10,672 nt of DNA. Source: a virus. Taxonomy: Duplodnaviria; Heunggongvirae; Uroviricota; Caudoviricetes. Below are positions 9,460 to 10,672 of the stretch, in pieces (the stretch's first letter is position 1; every line of letters starts with the position of its first letter). Under the pieces are notes generated by a model that was not told the origin of the DNA, made no database searches, and saw only the letters and a program-made list of their open reading frames with translations. The translations under genes and the position numbers were made by a program. The stretch covers positions 1-10,672 of IMG/VR virus record IMGVR_UViG_2630968808_000002; one strand, written 5' to 3'.

Positions 9460-9932
9460 GCCTGACTCTCTCTGACCGTTCCGCCTGCTTCTTTGAATTT
9501 TGCAATCAGGCTGTCAGCCTTATGCTCGAACTGACCATAACCAGCACCCGGCAACGAAGCCCAGATATTGCTGCAACGGTCGATTGCCTGACGGATATCA
9601 CCGCGATCAATCATCGGTAAAGCGCCACGCTCTTTAATCTGCTGTAGTGCAACAGCGTCCTGACTTTTGGGGGAGAAGTCTTTCAGGCCAAGCTGCTTGC
9701 GGTAGGCGTCCCACCAACGGGAAAGAAGCTGGTAACGTCCGGCTGCCGTTGATTTGAGTTTTGGGTTTAGCGTGACAAGTTTGCGAGGGTGATCGGAGTA
9801 ATCAGTGAATAGCTCTCCGCCAACAATGACGTCATAACCATGATTTCTGGTTTTCTGCCGTCCGTTATCAGTTCCCTCTGACCACGCCAGCATATCGAGG
9901 AACGCCTTACGTTGATTATTGATTTCCACCAT
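9456..9932 (-). CDS. R: Endolysin, lambda R-type lytic transglycosylase (158 aa)
   Basis: ATG at 9932-9930. Translation [51 protein letters not shown]... is near-identical over the N-terminal region to lambda R as I recall it, including the catalytic Glu in WSEGTD. Confidence 0.96.
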   Translation of the reverse strand: MVEINNQRKAFLDMLAWSEGTDNGRQKTRNHGYDVIVGGELFTDYSDHPRKLVTLNPKLKSTAAGRYQLLSRWWDAYRKQLGLKDFSPKSQDAVALQQIKERGALPMIDRGDIRQAIDRCSNIWASLPGAGYGQFEHKADSLIAKFKEAGGTVRESQA

Positions 9933-10239
9933 CTTCTACTCCGGCTTTTTTAGCAGCGAAGCGTTTGATAAGCGAACCAATCGAGTCAGTACCGATGTAG
10001 CCGATAAACACGCTCGTTATATAAGCGAGATTGCTACTTAGTCCGGCGAAGTCGAGAAGGTCACGAATGAACCAGGCGATAATGGCGCACATCGTTGCGT
10101 CGATTACTGTTTTTGTAAACGCACCGCCATTATATCTGCCGCGAAGGTACGCCATTGCAAACGCAAGGATTGCCCCGATGCCTTGTTCCTTTGCCGCGAG
10201 AATGGCGGCTAACAGGTCATGTTTTTCTGGCATCTTCAT
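9916..10239 (-). CDS. S: Holin / antiholin, lambda S-type class I holin with dual start Met1-Lys2-Met3 (107 and 105 aa forms)
   Basis: ATG AAG ATG at 10239-10231. Translation [62 protein letters not shown]... is recognisable as lambda S, with three transmembrane segments and a charged C-terminus. Overlaps the R start. Confidence 0.96.
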   Translation of the reverse strand: MKMPEKHDLLAAILAAKEQGIGAILAFAMAYLRGRYNGGAFTKTVIDATMCAIIAWFIRDLLDFAGLSSNLAYITSVFIGYIGTDSIGSLIKRFAAKKAGVEDGGNQ

Positions 10240-10244
10240 GTCTT

Positions 10245-10261
10245 ACCCCCAATAAGGGGAT
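10245..10261 (-). promoter_or_regulatory. Stem-loop immediately upstream of the S start codons (lambda sdi-like translational control structure)
   Basis: On the minus strand: ATCCCC-TTATT-GGGGGT (inverted repeat CCCC/GGGG at forward 10247-10250 and 10256-10259) ending 5 nt before ATGAAGATG. In lambda the equivalent structure sets the S107:S105 initiation ratio. Function here is inferred by analogy. Confidence 0.4.
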
Positions 10262-10672
10262 TTGCTCTATTTAATTAGGAATAAGGTCGATTACTGATAG
10301 AACAAATCCAGGCTACTGTGTTTAGTAATCAGATTTGTTCGTGACCGATATGCACGGGCAAAACGGCAGGAGGTTGTTAGCGCAACCTCATGCCACCCGC
10401 TTTCACGAAGGTCATGTGTAGAAGGCCGCAGCGTAACTATCACCGATGAATTCATGATAGCCAGTGGCTACGGCTCAGTTTGGGTTGTGGCGGCCGGAAT
10501 CGAACCGGCTTCCATTGGTGCGCTGCCGATTGCAGTACGCGCGGCGGTCAGCTACATGACTAGTATTTTCACTATCGCCTATCTGCTAGCTCGCCATTGA
10601 GCTTCACCACAACGATAAGAGCACTGCGCGGCACCTTTCACCAATTCCGCGAGGTCTGCGGGTTCAATGCTC

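Noticed and set aside
10485-10560. A complete tRNA gene on the minus strand
   Set aside because: Only the T-arm and 3-prime acceptor strand are convincing. The candidate 5-prime acceptor (TGTAGCT at 10556-10550) pairs at only 5 of 7 positions, and the intervening sequence folds as one hairpin rather than D and anticodon arms.
10601-10672. Late-promoter terminator tR-prime or a Q gene at the right edge
   Set aside because: No ORF and no hairpin with a U-tract lies in 10256-10672. By comparison with lambda as I recall it, the terminator and Q gene should lie beyond the right end of the window.

Overview
This window is the late region (lysis plus head morphogenesis) of a mosaic lambdoid/P22-like phage or prophage from an enterobacterium. 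Every gene I can support is on the minus strand, so transcription runs right to left. Identifications are from reading the translations and from memory of lambda and P22 proteins; no search was run. Right to left: a lambda-type late leader (10256-10672, no ORF), the lambda-type lysis cassette S, R, Rz with embedded Rz1 (10239-9022), and a hairpin with a U-tract. Then comes an accessory stretch: a 159-aa two-repeat DUF2829/Tad2-like protein, a 300-bp gap with no supported gene, and an 80-aa protein translationally coupled to a 162-aa HslV/proteasome-like peptidase. This runs straight into a P22-type packaging and head module: small terminase gp3, large terminase gp2 (GTG start), portal gp1, scaffold gp8, coat gp5, an intrinsic terminator, a small ORF with an (EP)n linker encoded by a hexanucleotide microsatellite, tail accessory factor gp4, and the first 49 codons of gp10. 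All plus-strand ORFs in the track lie antisense to these genes and are treated as spurious. The most interesting candidates are the unpartnered HslV-like peptidase pair and the Tad2-like protein, both possible host-interaction or anti-defence cargo.
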